A model generated the notes under the pieces. That model was not told where the DNA came from, did not search any database, and saw nothing but the letters and a program-made list of their open reading frames with translations. Positions 38,280 through 47,874 of a DNA stretch of 64,000 nucleotides are shown here, piece after piece; the first letter of the stretch is position 1; each line of letters begins with the position of its first letter. This DNA is from Oopsacas minuta. Lineage: Eukaryota; Animalia; Porifera. The position numbers and the translations under genes are program-made. The DNA lies in assembly GCA_024704765.1 (NCBI GenBank), contig JAKMXF010000222.1, forward strand, positions 1,281,192 to 1,345,191, in the 5' to 3' direction.

Positions 38280-38861
38280 ATGGAAAATTTGGGCGATGAG
38301 ATACAATCTGGACATCCTACATCTGTCACAATATTTCAACAAGCTAGAAGCACCATTGAACAAGACGTAAATATGATCATTCAAAGTCTAAAATGCAAAA
38401 TGGTTGAAATGTTTGCTGAGATTAATAGACTAGAGCAGGAATTTGTTAGTAAACAACAACACCTCTCAACTAATTTATATACTCTTGAAACATTGAAAAT
38501 CAAGACAGAGGATGAACTAGGAGACAATAGTCTAGCAGAAGTACAGATTAAAGTTATTGATAATTTACAAGAGGGAATAAACAAAATATCTTTAGAAATA
38601 AGAAATACTCCTGACTTTAAGATTTCATTCAAATGGAGGATAAATATGGAGCAATTATTACAGAATATACAAATGTCTTCAATAGAGATTAAGAAGGTGA
38701 TTATACCAGATCCCTTACTTCCTACCTCTCAACATCTCCACAACGGGGATAGAAATATTAATCATATGACGAATGATGAATATTATAATGAACCAATTAT
38801 TGAGGATGAGGATGAGTTATCCTCAGATGATAATTTAAGAACATTCCATTTATCGCTCTAA
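38280..38861 (+). CDS. Coiled-coil (TRIM BBC-like) protein with an acidic tail; paralogue of 40498-41253
   Basis: Aligns with the 40498 ORF (IFQQAR..IEQDVN.II / IFKQAR..VEHDIN.II; LAEVQIKVIDNLQEGINKI / LSEVHDKVTDGLKGGINKL; conserved KW). Confidence 0.7.
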   Translation: MENLGDEIQSGHPTSVTIFQQARSTIEQDVNMIIQSLKCKMVEMFAEINRLEQEFVSKQQHLSTNLYTLETLKIKTEDELGDNSLAEVQIKVIDNLQEGINKISLEIRNTPDFKISFKWRINMEQLLQNIQMSSIEIKKVIIPDPLLPTSQHLHNGDRNINHMTNDEYYNEPIIEDEDELSSDDNLRTFHLSL

Positions 38862-39389
38862 ATCACATTTTAATATTAATTTAACTTTTTATCTGCTAGA
38901 TTGCTAGTACAGCGGATTCTAAGTTCAAACTTTACTCATTTTTAGATTCAATTCTTACAATTGAGATTATGACAGTTGTTATTGTGGTATTTACTGATCC
39001 TTTACCTAGTCTAGTGTCCCTAACTAACTATTCAGTATCTACTATCTAGTATCTACCAGCCTGTGAGGGGACATCGTAGCCTCCTAGTGGATGGATTACA
39101 TATAAAGATAATTTGACTACAGTGGAACGTCAGTTATCCGAACATGATGGGATCGAGAGGGGTTCGGATAACGGATATTACTGAACTCTTAACCTGGATA
39201 CCTTCGAAATCGTGAGATTCGTAAAAAATCTCTCGATTCTATCTTGAGATTTACAATCTAGTATTAGTTCCCTGAATTTCATAGGCTATTTCCTCCCAGC
39301 AGTTGAAATTTCAATACAGAGCAGAAATAGTTTCACGTATATAAAAGTTATACCCAAAACTAAGCCAAATCCTAACAACCATTTATCTC

Positions 39390-39770
39390 TTGATGGTTTG
39401 GATAGCCTTCCTGTTACAATTTCCGACAGTCCAGGAACACAAATTGAACAAGATGGAAGTACGTACAAAAATTCATTTTAAAGTTGCTACGCTTATTGAA
39501 CGCTCGTTTTATTATAAAGTTTCACTACACAAATTATCATTTGTGGCACTGCTGAATCCGACCTATGATTTTGTATGTCTCAAAGGTTTCACTATTGATA
39601 ATATATCTTAGTACATCTTAGTAGCTGATGGTGGTCATTATCGAATTTTGATATCTTCCAATGGAGGCCATTTTATCAGGACCATCACCCATCCACTTGA
39701 CAAGCCTCACAGGCTTTGTATAATCAACTGCATGGTCGTCTTCTCCGCCCAATGGAATGGCATTACTTGA
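39390..39770 (+). pseudogene. Degenerate NHL-repeat coding remnant downstream of the 38280 ORF
   Basis: LKGFTIDNIS*YILVADGGHYRILISSNGGHFIRTITHPLDKPHRLCII fits an NHL blade (P.GI.ID...I.VAD..N.RI..F) with an in-frame stop at 39609-39611. Confidence 0.55.
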
Positions 39771-40497
39771 CGTTACTTGATACAGGGTCTTTGAAATGTC
39801 AAAAACAATGCTTGCTAGAATAGGTAAATTGGAGCAAAAGTTAAGTTGAACACACAAAAGTTACGAACTACTATCATTGAAAAAGACTATTAGTCCAAAC
39901 AGAGGCTGGCCAGACCTAATTATTATTTCTCAGAATTTCCAAGAAGGAAGATAACCCGTGATTATGTAATTGATATAAATTGGTGAATGAATGTGGAGAA
40001 ATCGCTAGAAGACAGAGGATATTCCTCAATGAAGGTGGATAATATGATTTTATGAGTTCCCTTAGATATTGGCAGATTGGGGACTTAAAACTGTCCTGGC
40101 AAATAGTACTGAACCTACTACGCTCATCAACTCACGCTACCAGCCCATTTGTCAAACGGGCTGCCCGGTGTCCCTGAGCCACGCTACTGCCCTTGGATCT
40201 TATCAACTTCTCCAGAGTAAAAATTATACACAGACAATTGATGATTTGAGTTTTGGGCTTTTAGAAGCATTTTATTTAAATCCATAGACGACTTTTCATT
40301 CACTTTATATGAAGTAAACGTACGTCATTCACGTATACGTATATTTACAACTTTTTTAGGCTAAAATATTCTTTTTGTTTACTATCTTATTAATAAATCC
40401 CTATTCACTGCCTCATGAACTATATTATGGTTATACATAGTTACTGAGCTGCTTTCAAATACTTTAATACATCTTACACAATTAGATTCAACAACCT

Positions 40498-41253
40498 ATG
40501 GCCAATTCTGACAACCGTGAATCAGCTGCGATGATTTTCAAACAAGCAAGATATATAGTTGAACATGATATTAACCAGATTATTTATTGTCTACATCACA
40601 AAAAATTAGAATTATTTTCACAAATCGATATTTTAGAAAAGGATTATTTTTCCAAGCGAAATGAAATGCACAAAAGTTTGAATACCCTGAACTCATTGAA
40701 GCCACGAATTGAAGTGGATCTAGCTGCTAATAACTTGTCCGAGGTACATGACAAAGTAACTGATGGACTCAAAGGTGGGATTAACAAACTAAATTTAGAT
40801 ATAGTACATACGAGAAAACCCGGCAAGATTGAAATCAAATGGGGAATGGCTTTGAGGACGTTACTTTCGAATATTCAAAAGTCTACGGTCGCAGTAATCA
40901 AGACCTCCCCTGAACCAACAGCACAAACACGAACACAAACCAATAATAAGCCAAAGCATGGACAGCCAAACTCCAAACCGAAATTGAAACCTTCTTGGGC
41001 AGATGATCGCGATGATAAAGATAATCCTTGGGAAAATACTGAACCTTCTTGGGCAAATAATCTCTGTGATATAGGTAATCCTTGGGAAATTACTGAACCT
41101 TCTTGGGCAGATGATCACGATGATATAGATAATCCTTGGGAAGTTACTGAACCTTCTTGGGCAGATGATCACGATGATATAGATAATCTTTGGGAAAATA
41201 CTGAACTTTCTTGGGCAGATGATCATGATGATATAGAACTTTGGGAAAATTAA
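40498..41253 (+). CDS. Coiled-coil protein with five C-terminal 18-aa Trp/acidic repeats
   Basis: Open 251-aa ORF; N-terminal half paralogous to 38280; tail (E/K)PSWADDxDDxDNPWExT x5. Confidence 0.75.
   Translation: MANSDNRESAAMIFKQARYIVEHDINQIIYCLHHKKLELFSQIDILEKDYFSKRNEMHKSLNTLNSLKPRIEVDLAANNLSEVHDKVTDGLKGGINKLNLDIVHTRKPGKIEIKWGMALRTLLSNIQKSTVAVIKTSPEPTAQTRTQTNNKPKHGQPNSKPKLKPSWADDRDDKDNPWENTEPSWANNLCDIGNPWEITEPSWADDHDDIDNPWEVTEPSWADDHDDIDNLWENTELSWADDHDDIELWEN
40987..41250 (+). repeat. Coding 54-bp tandem repeat, 5 copies (last shortened to 48 bp)
   Basis: Unit gaaccttcttgggcagatgatcacgatgatatagataatccttgggaaattact starting at 40987, 41041, 41095, 41149 and 41203. Confidence 0.95.
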
Positions 41254-42300
41254 AATCCAGAACCTAGGTATCTTTTTATAAGTGATTTTGTATTAGTCAT
41301 ATCTACAAGTCTTTATCGAATTTTGTGTTTAGATTATCTACGTTATTCACGTAATATTCTAATTCTGCATTGTATATGTTTTTCCAGCGTTTCTCAACCT
41401 TTTTTCGAACTGTGGCATGCTCTTTCATCTCTAATTTATGAAGGCACACCTTTCAAGGGTGAATTCAATTTTAGTTCAACCGTAGTGTCAAAATTTATAG
41501 ATTAGAGTTACTTTCAATACCATTTATATCTAAATATTCGTTTTTATGTTTCTAGTTCTTCTTGGCTATTAGTAATTTCATCTCCAGAGTTCCTGAAAAT
41601 AAGCTCTAAAGCATTATTAAGAAATTTGTTTTATGCAAGTGACATTTTCTGGCACTGTTAACCTTAGGTGTTTAGACCTTTCATAGGATATTTCGTACCA
41701 GCAGCTCAGGTTAATGAGAGGGAGGTAGTTTAGTTTGTTTATTGCTTATTGTACAAGTAAATATCTGGTACGAAAGTTTTCAATTTGTCAGTGTATGGGG
41801 TAGAGGTAGAGTCGTTGGTTTAGCTACATGTAAGATTTCATAGTGGAAATCCGCGCTGCTAGGAGCTTAATATAGAATGTTTTAATGGATTGGTGGACGG
41901 AAGCGAAAACTCCATCTATGAGCTGTGCTAGTTTATTGTATGTGGGAGATAGCTGGTGTTGGCTTTTCTATGAATTGATGCTCTGTGTAGGATTGTATGT
42001 AGTTGGATAGATGGGGATGTTTTGGATTTTGGAGGAGCTGGGGTTGGTATGACTTGGCGTCGAATTTGAGACACGCTGGACAAAAGTACCAAATTTTGTA
42101 TACTTAGTCATAGGTTATGACGTAGTCTACATGACCCCTGCATCAAATTTTTCCGCGGCCCAGCGTCGATCGGATACATTTTCAATCCAAAATTGCATTT
42201 ATTAATTTGCGGCTGTTTGCTAATTCGCCGATACATCCCCATGTGTCAACCATTTCATTGAATCAACCACCAGATTCGTACTCAGCGTACACTTTTCCAT

Positions 42301-43014
42301 CAGTTTGATGGGTCACTTGACCATATTTGGACATATTTTCCTCGCAACGCTGGAATGTACAAACATTCCATTATCAAAATTTGTCCTAACCCCATCGAGT
42401 GACCCCTCGTTCTACCGGACAGGCGAGCTGAGTCTAGTTATGCCCATGTCAACCTCTAAATGATCTATTAATGCTATTTTACTAGATCGACCTCCTCGGT
42501 CTCTCAATTTTCTTCATATTTTATAATTTTTCATGAACACAAGATTTTATTGCATATTTTGTAATAATTCGTAGCTATAAATTGATTCATTTCCGTATGG
42601 TGTAGATCTTGGTACCAAATATTTATGCTAGATGTCAAGAAAGACTGTGTATTTGAATAGTCGATATAACCTCGGAGGTAACTCGTTTGCATGGGGATGG
42701 ACGATATTCTATTCATTGGGAAGTCGATCGATTGCCCCAAAAGGATACATGAAATAGTTTAGACAATCAACCGACTTCCCAATGGATTGAGTCTTTTGAG
42801 GGAGCGCGGAGGTCAATCTTGTAAAATCGTATTCAAAGATCATTTATAGGTCGATATGGGCATAACTAGACTCAGCTCGCATAGCCACGTCGAAAAGGGT
42901 CACTCGATGAGGTTAAGACAAATTTTGAGAATGGAATGTTTGTGCATTCCTGGCACATTCCTGCGTTGCTAGGAAAAATATCTCCAAATATGGTCAAGGT
43001 GACCCATCAAATTG
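42301..43014. mobile_element. Foldback element with ~200-bp inverted arms
   Basis: 42301-42500 is the reverse complement of ~42806-43014; the arms match the central part (about 13040-13200) of the 12731-13428 element. Confidence 0.8.
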
Positions 43015-43299
43015 GTCTGGTTTCGAACTTTTGGGAGCTCCTGTTGGGTGTGAGAAGGGGTGTATTACCGGCCTTGAGGGTGCACTCGGTAGCAGAGGCG
43101 ATCCTAATAGAAGTAGGTTGTCGTTGGCTGGAAGGCTTCGCCTTGAAGACTGCAGGGTGAGAAGAAGTGTGTGATTTTTCGGCAATTGTTAGCAGTTATT
43201 ATCTTGCACTGGTAGTTCAGAATTGTTAAATTAAGGAGTGCTAATAGGATGGAACAGAAAGAAGGAGTTGATATAATTAACTTCACTTCTTCATTATTT

Positions 43300-43981
43300 T
43301 CACCACAAAGGTATGAGCATTGTCTGTACAGATTCCTGATGGATGTTATAAAGCTTCTTTCTGAGAACATTTTCCACTAGGCAGAATATCTGGACTCTGC
43401 CTGTATAGAAGTCAGTTACAAAGATTATATCATTGAGATTATATATGTCATATCCCGCGGATTATTTAGTTGATTGTCTAGCTTTTATTTATCACACGAA
43501 CTCCCCTTGACTGGTCTAGGATCTCTTTTTTTCAAGTCACATCTTTCTCTGCTCACAAGTATACAGGGTATTGATGCTCTTTCTCAACTCATTTACTCTC
43601 CGTATTAGTTTCACGGAGGGAATATTATAATTCATTCCTCTTTTCATGGACTCGATTGTTTCATTTATTTGGTCGAAAGTTTTATCCAATTCTTTGACTG
43701 TTTTCTCTATTTCAGTTGTGTGTGTGTTTTCACTCTTTTTGGTAATTTCTCTTGCCTGTTATTGCTTATAAGCTTCATACCAACTTCCAGCTCTCCTGAA
43801 ATCAACTGAGTCTTTTCTTCAATCAGCAGTTTCGTTTCATCACTAACTCTCCTCACTAAGAGTACACGTAGTGACTTTTTGTCGATTACTTCTCTGAGTA
43901 CATTCATTCTGTCCAGCTGATTGCTGACTTCAAGGTAACGGATCCACAATCTGGATTGCAATTATTGTGCGATTCTATCAT
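43300..43981 (-). pseudogene. Coiled-coil + NHL-repeat (TRIM-NHL-like) pseudogene with several frameshifts and stops
   Basis: Pieces EVSNQLDRMNVLREVIDKKSLRVLLVRRV, TEIEKTVKELDKTFDQINETIESMK..IPSVKLIRRVNELRKSIN, QLNNPRDM and NDIIFVTDFYTGRVQIF lie in different frames; one shift is at an (AC)n run near 43720. Confidence 0.65.
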
Positions 43982-44325
43982 TTCTGAGTTACTAACAATA
44001 GTTCTAAAGCAGTTACTGCTAATGAACTAATGAAGAAAGTGGCTTAAGTATATAGGCTGAATTGATATAAATGAATTTATCAATATAAGCAATCACGTAA
44101 CTGTCCCTTTTGGCCAGCGCCCCGGCTGAATACTGACCAGTACGTATTAATTTACATATTGCGAGTCTCATATAAAAGAGACTCAGTTTACTCAAATGAT
44201 TTTGAAGTATGAAAGATTTTGCATTTTTTATACACTATACTCTCCTATTCACTATGTTATAGATTAGTCAATAGAGCAAGAGATAAAACTTTGTACAAGC
44301 ATAGATACATTCAGAAGAGAACATA

Positions 44326-45891
44326 TTGCCAATGGAAATCGAATTGTCAGAGATTCGAACTAAGATAGTAAACCATTTCAAATTTTCTGGTTTCAATTTG
44401 AAACAGGAAGTTGCTGACAAATTGAGTAGAATGTTGAAGAAGTGTTCTTCTCCAGAAGATGTACAAGAAGCCCTAGAGAAGATAACAGATGTAATCCTGG
44501 AGCGTGGTATTACTTCTACACTCATTGACATTAACCTCTTGGAGCAAGTACTCCAGGAAGCTGTTAGTATAAACGAACCTCAAGATTATATATTTGTATA
44601 TGATGCTTTTTATTTTCCGAAATTCTCATACAACTGTGACTTGAAGAAGTTTGTGAAATGTAAATTAGAACCTCTCTCACTCCACCCAGAAGCTGCTAGT
44701 AAGATATCTTTATTCAGAGAAAGATACAACATTGTATTACAGATCTTACAGAGACACGATTTGTTTTCTGTACGATCTTTAGCTTCTGCTAATAACGAGA
44801 AATATTCTCTTACAACTACAGAAGCACTAATAGGTAGTTCTAGTAGTGACTCTTGTATCATATTAGGAATGTTGGTACAGTTGAAAGAGGGAGAGTACCA
44901 TCTGGAAGACCTCACTGGTACTGTTAAGCTAGACCTCACGATAGCATCTTACCAGAAGGGAATATTCTCAGAGAATTCTATTATAATTGTAGAAGGTTGT
45001 TATGAAGATAAAGTATTACTGGCTAAAGCTATTGGTTTCCCTCCTTTTGAATCTGCACAAAAAACAGTGAATTATTTCGGTAATATTAATTTCTTTGGAG
45101 GAAACTCTTCTGCTTGTCCTAAAGCTTCTGCACAGCTGAGAGATTTAGAAGATACACTTGTAAATTCTTTTTTTGTTGTTATTTCTGATATTTGGTTGGA
45201 TATTCCACAAGTTTTAAGTAAACTAAAAGTATTATTTGATGGATATTCTGATAATCCTCCTACCGCCTTCATACTTATCGGCAACTTCTCTTCTGAACCT
45301 TACGGAACTTTACACTACCAGAGAAGCAAGGATACTTTCAAACAGCTGGCTATACTCATCGCTATGTTCCCGAACATCCAAGAGAAGAGTCATTTTATTA
45401 TTATCCCTGGTCCAGAAGATGTTGGTCCAGGTAACATATTCCCTAAACCAGCATTGCCCAGCTCTATTCAAGCAGAATTTAAGAAAAGAGTGCCTCTAGC
45501 GAAATTCACTACAAATCCTAGCAGAATACAATTATGCACTAAAGAGATTGTAATCATTAGAGACGATCTCCTCAAGAAGTTATGTAGTGGAGCAATACAC
45601 TTCTCTTCCAGTGCAGATATACCCGATCACTTAACTCACACTATCCTCTCACAGGCGTACTTGTGTCCTCTCCCTATTCATTCCCGTCCTATCTATTGGG
45701 AGTATAGTCATTCTCTGTCTCTCTATCCAATCCCTGACTTCCTTATACTTGCGGACAGATATACACATTTTAGTGTTTGTATGAATGACTGCACTTGTGT
45801 TAATCCAGGTCCTTTCTCACAGAATGAATTCTACTTCAGTGCTATTTATCCTGTTACTGGAGTGGTGGAGGATTGTTTAGTCCCGTTATAG
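44326..45891 (+). CDS. POLE2: DNA polymerase epsilon subunit 2, intronless
   Basis: LFRERY..VLQ.LQRH.LF, EGEYHLEDLTGTVKLDL, FVVISDIWLD, FILIGNF, IIPGPED, TTNPSRI, LSLYPIPD..ILAD and NPGPF motifs. Confidence 0.95.
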   Translation: MPMEIELSEIRTKIVNHFKFSGFNLKQEVADKLSRMLKKCSSPEDVQEALEKITDVILERGITSTLIDINLLEQVLQEAVSINEPQDYIFVYDAFYFPKFSYNCDLKKFVKCKLEPLSLHPEAASKISLFRERYNIVLQILQRHDLFSVRSLASANNEKYSLTTTEALIGSSSSDSCIILGMLVQLKEGEYHLEDLTGTVKLDLTIASYQKGIFSENSIIIVEGCYEDKVLLAKAIGFPPFESAQKTVNYFGNINFFGGNSSACPKASAQLRDLEDTLVNSFFVVISDIWLDIPQVLSKLKVLFDGYSDNPPTAFILIGNFSSEPYGTLHYQRSKDTFKQLAILIAMFPNIQEKSHFIIIPGPEDVGPGNIFPKPALPSSIQAEFKKRVPLAKFTTNPSRIQLCTKEIVIIRDDLLKKLCSGAIHFSSSADIPDHLTHTILSQAYLCPLPIHSRPIYWEYSHSLSLYPIPDFLILADRYTHFSVCMNDCTCVNPGPFSQNEFYFSAIYPVTGVVEDCLVPL

Positions 45892-46237
45892 AATACCTTG
45901 ATTGTCTATTTTATTCATTTCTGGTTTTATTGCAATATTATATTAGATATTGTTATGTGTAAGCTGAATTGACTTTTTGCAATTGTAAAATATTTGATTT
46001 CAAATGTTGTAGAAGAGATTATAATTCGTCGATTCTCCAAAAGGAAAATCTAAGCCCTGTCCCAACTTTAGATTTGCACACACTCTCTGATAACTGTATT
46101 GTAGATGATGCTGATTGATACTTTAATTGTTCGAATCAATCACAATCAGTAATTTGTGTGCCAATTTGGGAAAACAACAGACAAGTTTATCTAAATTTAG
46201 TTTATATGATTGATTATCCATTTTATTCTATAGCAGT

Positions 46238-46789
46238 ATGGCATTATCAACTCCTGCAGAATCTCTCATAAATATCTATAATTTAATAATCCCTGGTTTA
46301 GATACCTCCACTTCTGTTGGTATCGCACTATGTAGTGGTTTTAAAGAACCTATAAGCTTCCCTACACTTTTATCTAACGGACTCAATCTGTGTATTCTAC
46401 GAGCTAATGTTGTAATTAGTAGAAACAACATATTACAGTCTGTATTCAAAGCGATTTCTAACAATGCAAATGGTAAAATGAAGGCTAAAGCAATTTCCAC
46501 AGAAGTCATATTCAGCTTGTCTCCGTACAGACAGATTAAGCAGAGTCTAGCTACATTTGGAATATCAGGAATTCCTGATACAGTCTGGGTTGTATCTCTA
46601 GCAAATGATCCTAATAGTGTGATTAGTAAGTTTCTAGAATTAACTCAATCTCAATTACTAAGCCAAACAGCAGCTGAAGTAGGAAATACAGATCTTATTT
46701 ACGAGATATATGGTATAACTCCAGAAGAGCTATCTATTGGCTCACTTGAAGATGCTATTACTAATAGAATCGCTGTTAAAGATCTGTGA
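46238..46789 (+). CDS. TPRKB: KEOPS/EKC subunit TPRKB (CGI-121)
   Basis: KAI......GKMKAKAISTEVIFSLSP.RQI..SL.TFGI and C-terminal IY.ITPEEL.IGSLEDAI.NRIA.KD. Confidence 0.9.
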   Translation: MALSTPAESLINIYNLIIPGLDTSTSVGIALCSGFKEPISFPTLLSNGLNLCILRANVVISRNNILQSVFKAISNNANGKMKAKAISTEVIFSLSPYRQIKQSLATFGISGIPDTVWVVSLANDPNSVISKFLELTQSQLLSQTAAEVGNTDLIYEIYGITPEELSIGSLEDAITNRIAVKDL

Positions 46790-47176
46790 TTATGTTACTT
46801 GATTAGTATCAGTTTAACTATACACGTACTTCCCCAATATCTTAATTAATTAATTAATATTACTGGTTGGTAAAAAATCTTCACGCCTATCTTCTATCAT
46901 TGACATATTTTATCCTCCACAAAATAAAACTGCTTGTAAAATGAAGTTTTGTTTACAATCAAATATTGTCCAAATCTTTATCAATTGCAAGATACAAATT
47001 TTCTTCAATCAATCATATCTAGAAATTATTCGCCCCCTATTAGCCTTTGATCCGCCATGATCATATGCGTACTAATTATAATGGTAAAAATTCCATTAAA
47101 TGTTTTCGTAATTTCCGTTTTGCCAGCTAACGAGTAATACTGACTTTTCACAAATAATAATCAAGCAAAAACTAGA

Positions 47177-47539
47177 ATGGTGAAAGGAATCGGTAACATT
47201 AACAAGCACAGAAGTACTGGCGGTATGATAAGGAATAGTCGTAGATTGAAACGCAAACAAAATAAACATTCAACAAATAAACGTAAGTTAAACCGTCAAA
47301 AAGCTATAAAAGAGGCATTGAATGAAAGTAATACAACCAAACAGCTTATCAAGCAGAATAAATCCAACCCAAATGCGAATCTTCTCATCTCTAATAAAAA
47401 GAGACGATTAGTGCTGAGGAACAGACGGATACGTGACAAGGACAACTCTAAGATGGAAGTTACTAGACTTAATACTAAGAAGTTAATGTCTGCAGTTACA
47501 ACGAAAAGTAGTAAAGATAAAATGGATGTGTCTAGCTAG
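47177..47539 (+). CDS. C11orf98: C11orf98-like (Alb1-like) small basic protein
   Basis: NKSNPNANLLISNKKRRLVLRNRR...KMEV matches [24 protein letters not shown]...AMEV. Confidence 0.7.
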   Translation: MVKGIGNINKHRSTGGMIRNSRRLKRKQNKHSTNKRKLNRQKAIKEALNESNTTKQLIKQNKSNPNANLLISNKKRRLVLRNRRIRDKDNSKMEVTRLNTKKLMSAVTTKSSKDKMDVSS

Positions 47540-47874
47540 ATCCTTGTATAGTATGTTTGAGATTATATTACATAATACATAGTATAAAATTACTTATCCA
47601 ATTTCTACATTATTGGTATTTTAATATTTTGATACAGGGGTGAAATTCTTTGGCCTGCTTAATAATATAAGCAGGTCTATAAGCGCTCGTCAAATTGTAT
47701 CGAGGCAATCCAGCTCTGCGCTTCATGTCACAAACGGACCTCGCTCCACCAGATTTCCTTGATTATAATTCTGCATGCTGTTATTGATTATATGCACAAT
47801 TTCTCTACTAATATAATGTTAAATGTATTTCTGAGTGATAATTATGCTATTAAATACAACCTGAGAGATTAGAC

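Noticed and set aside
39618-39857. 79-aa minus-strand ORF
   Set aside because: Antisense to the NHL-like remnant on the + strand.
40861-41226. Minus-strand repetitive ORF (IICPRRFS)n
   Set aside because: Antisense reading of the 54-bp repeat.
40987-41250. 54-bp repeat as a CRISPR array
   Set aside because: It is an in-frame coding tandem repeat without spacers.
43104-43370. 88-aa minus-strand ORF as a PTP-like fragment
   Set aside because: No phosphatase motif; another frame gives the NHL-like segment.
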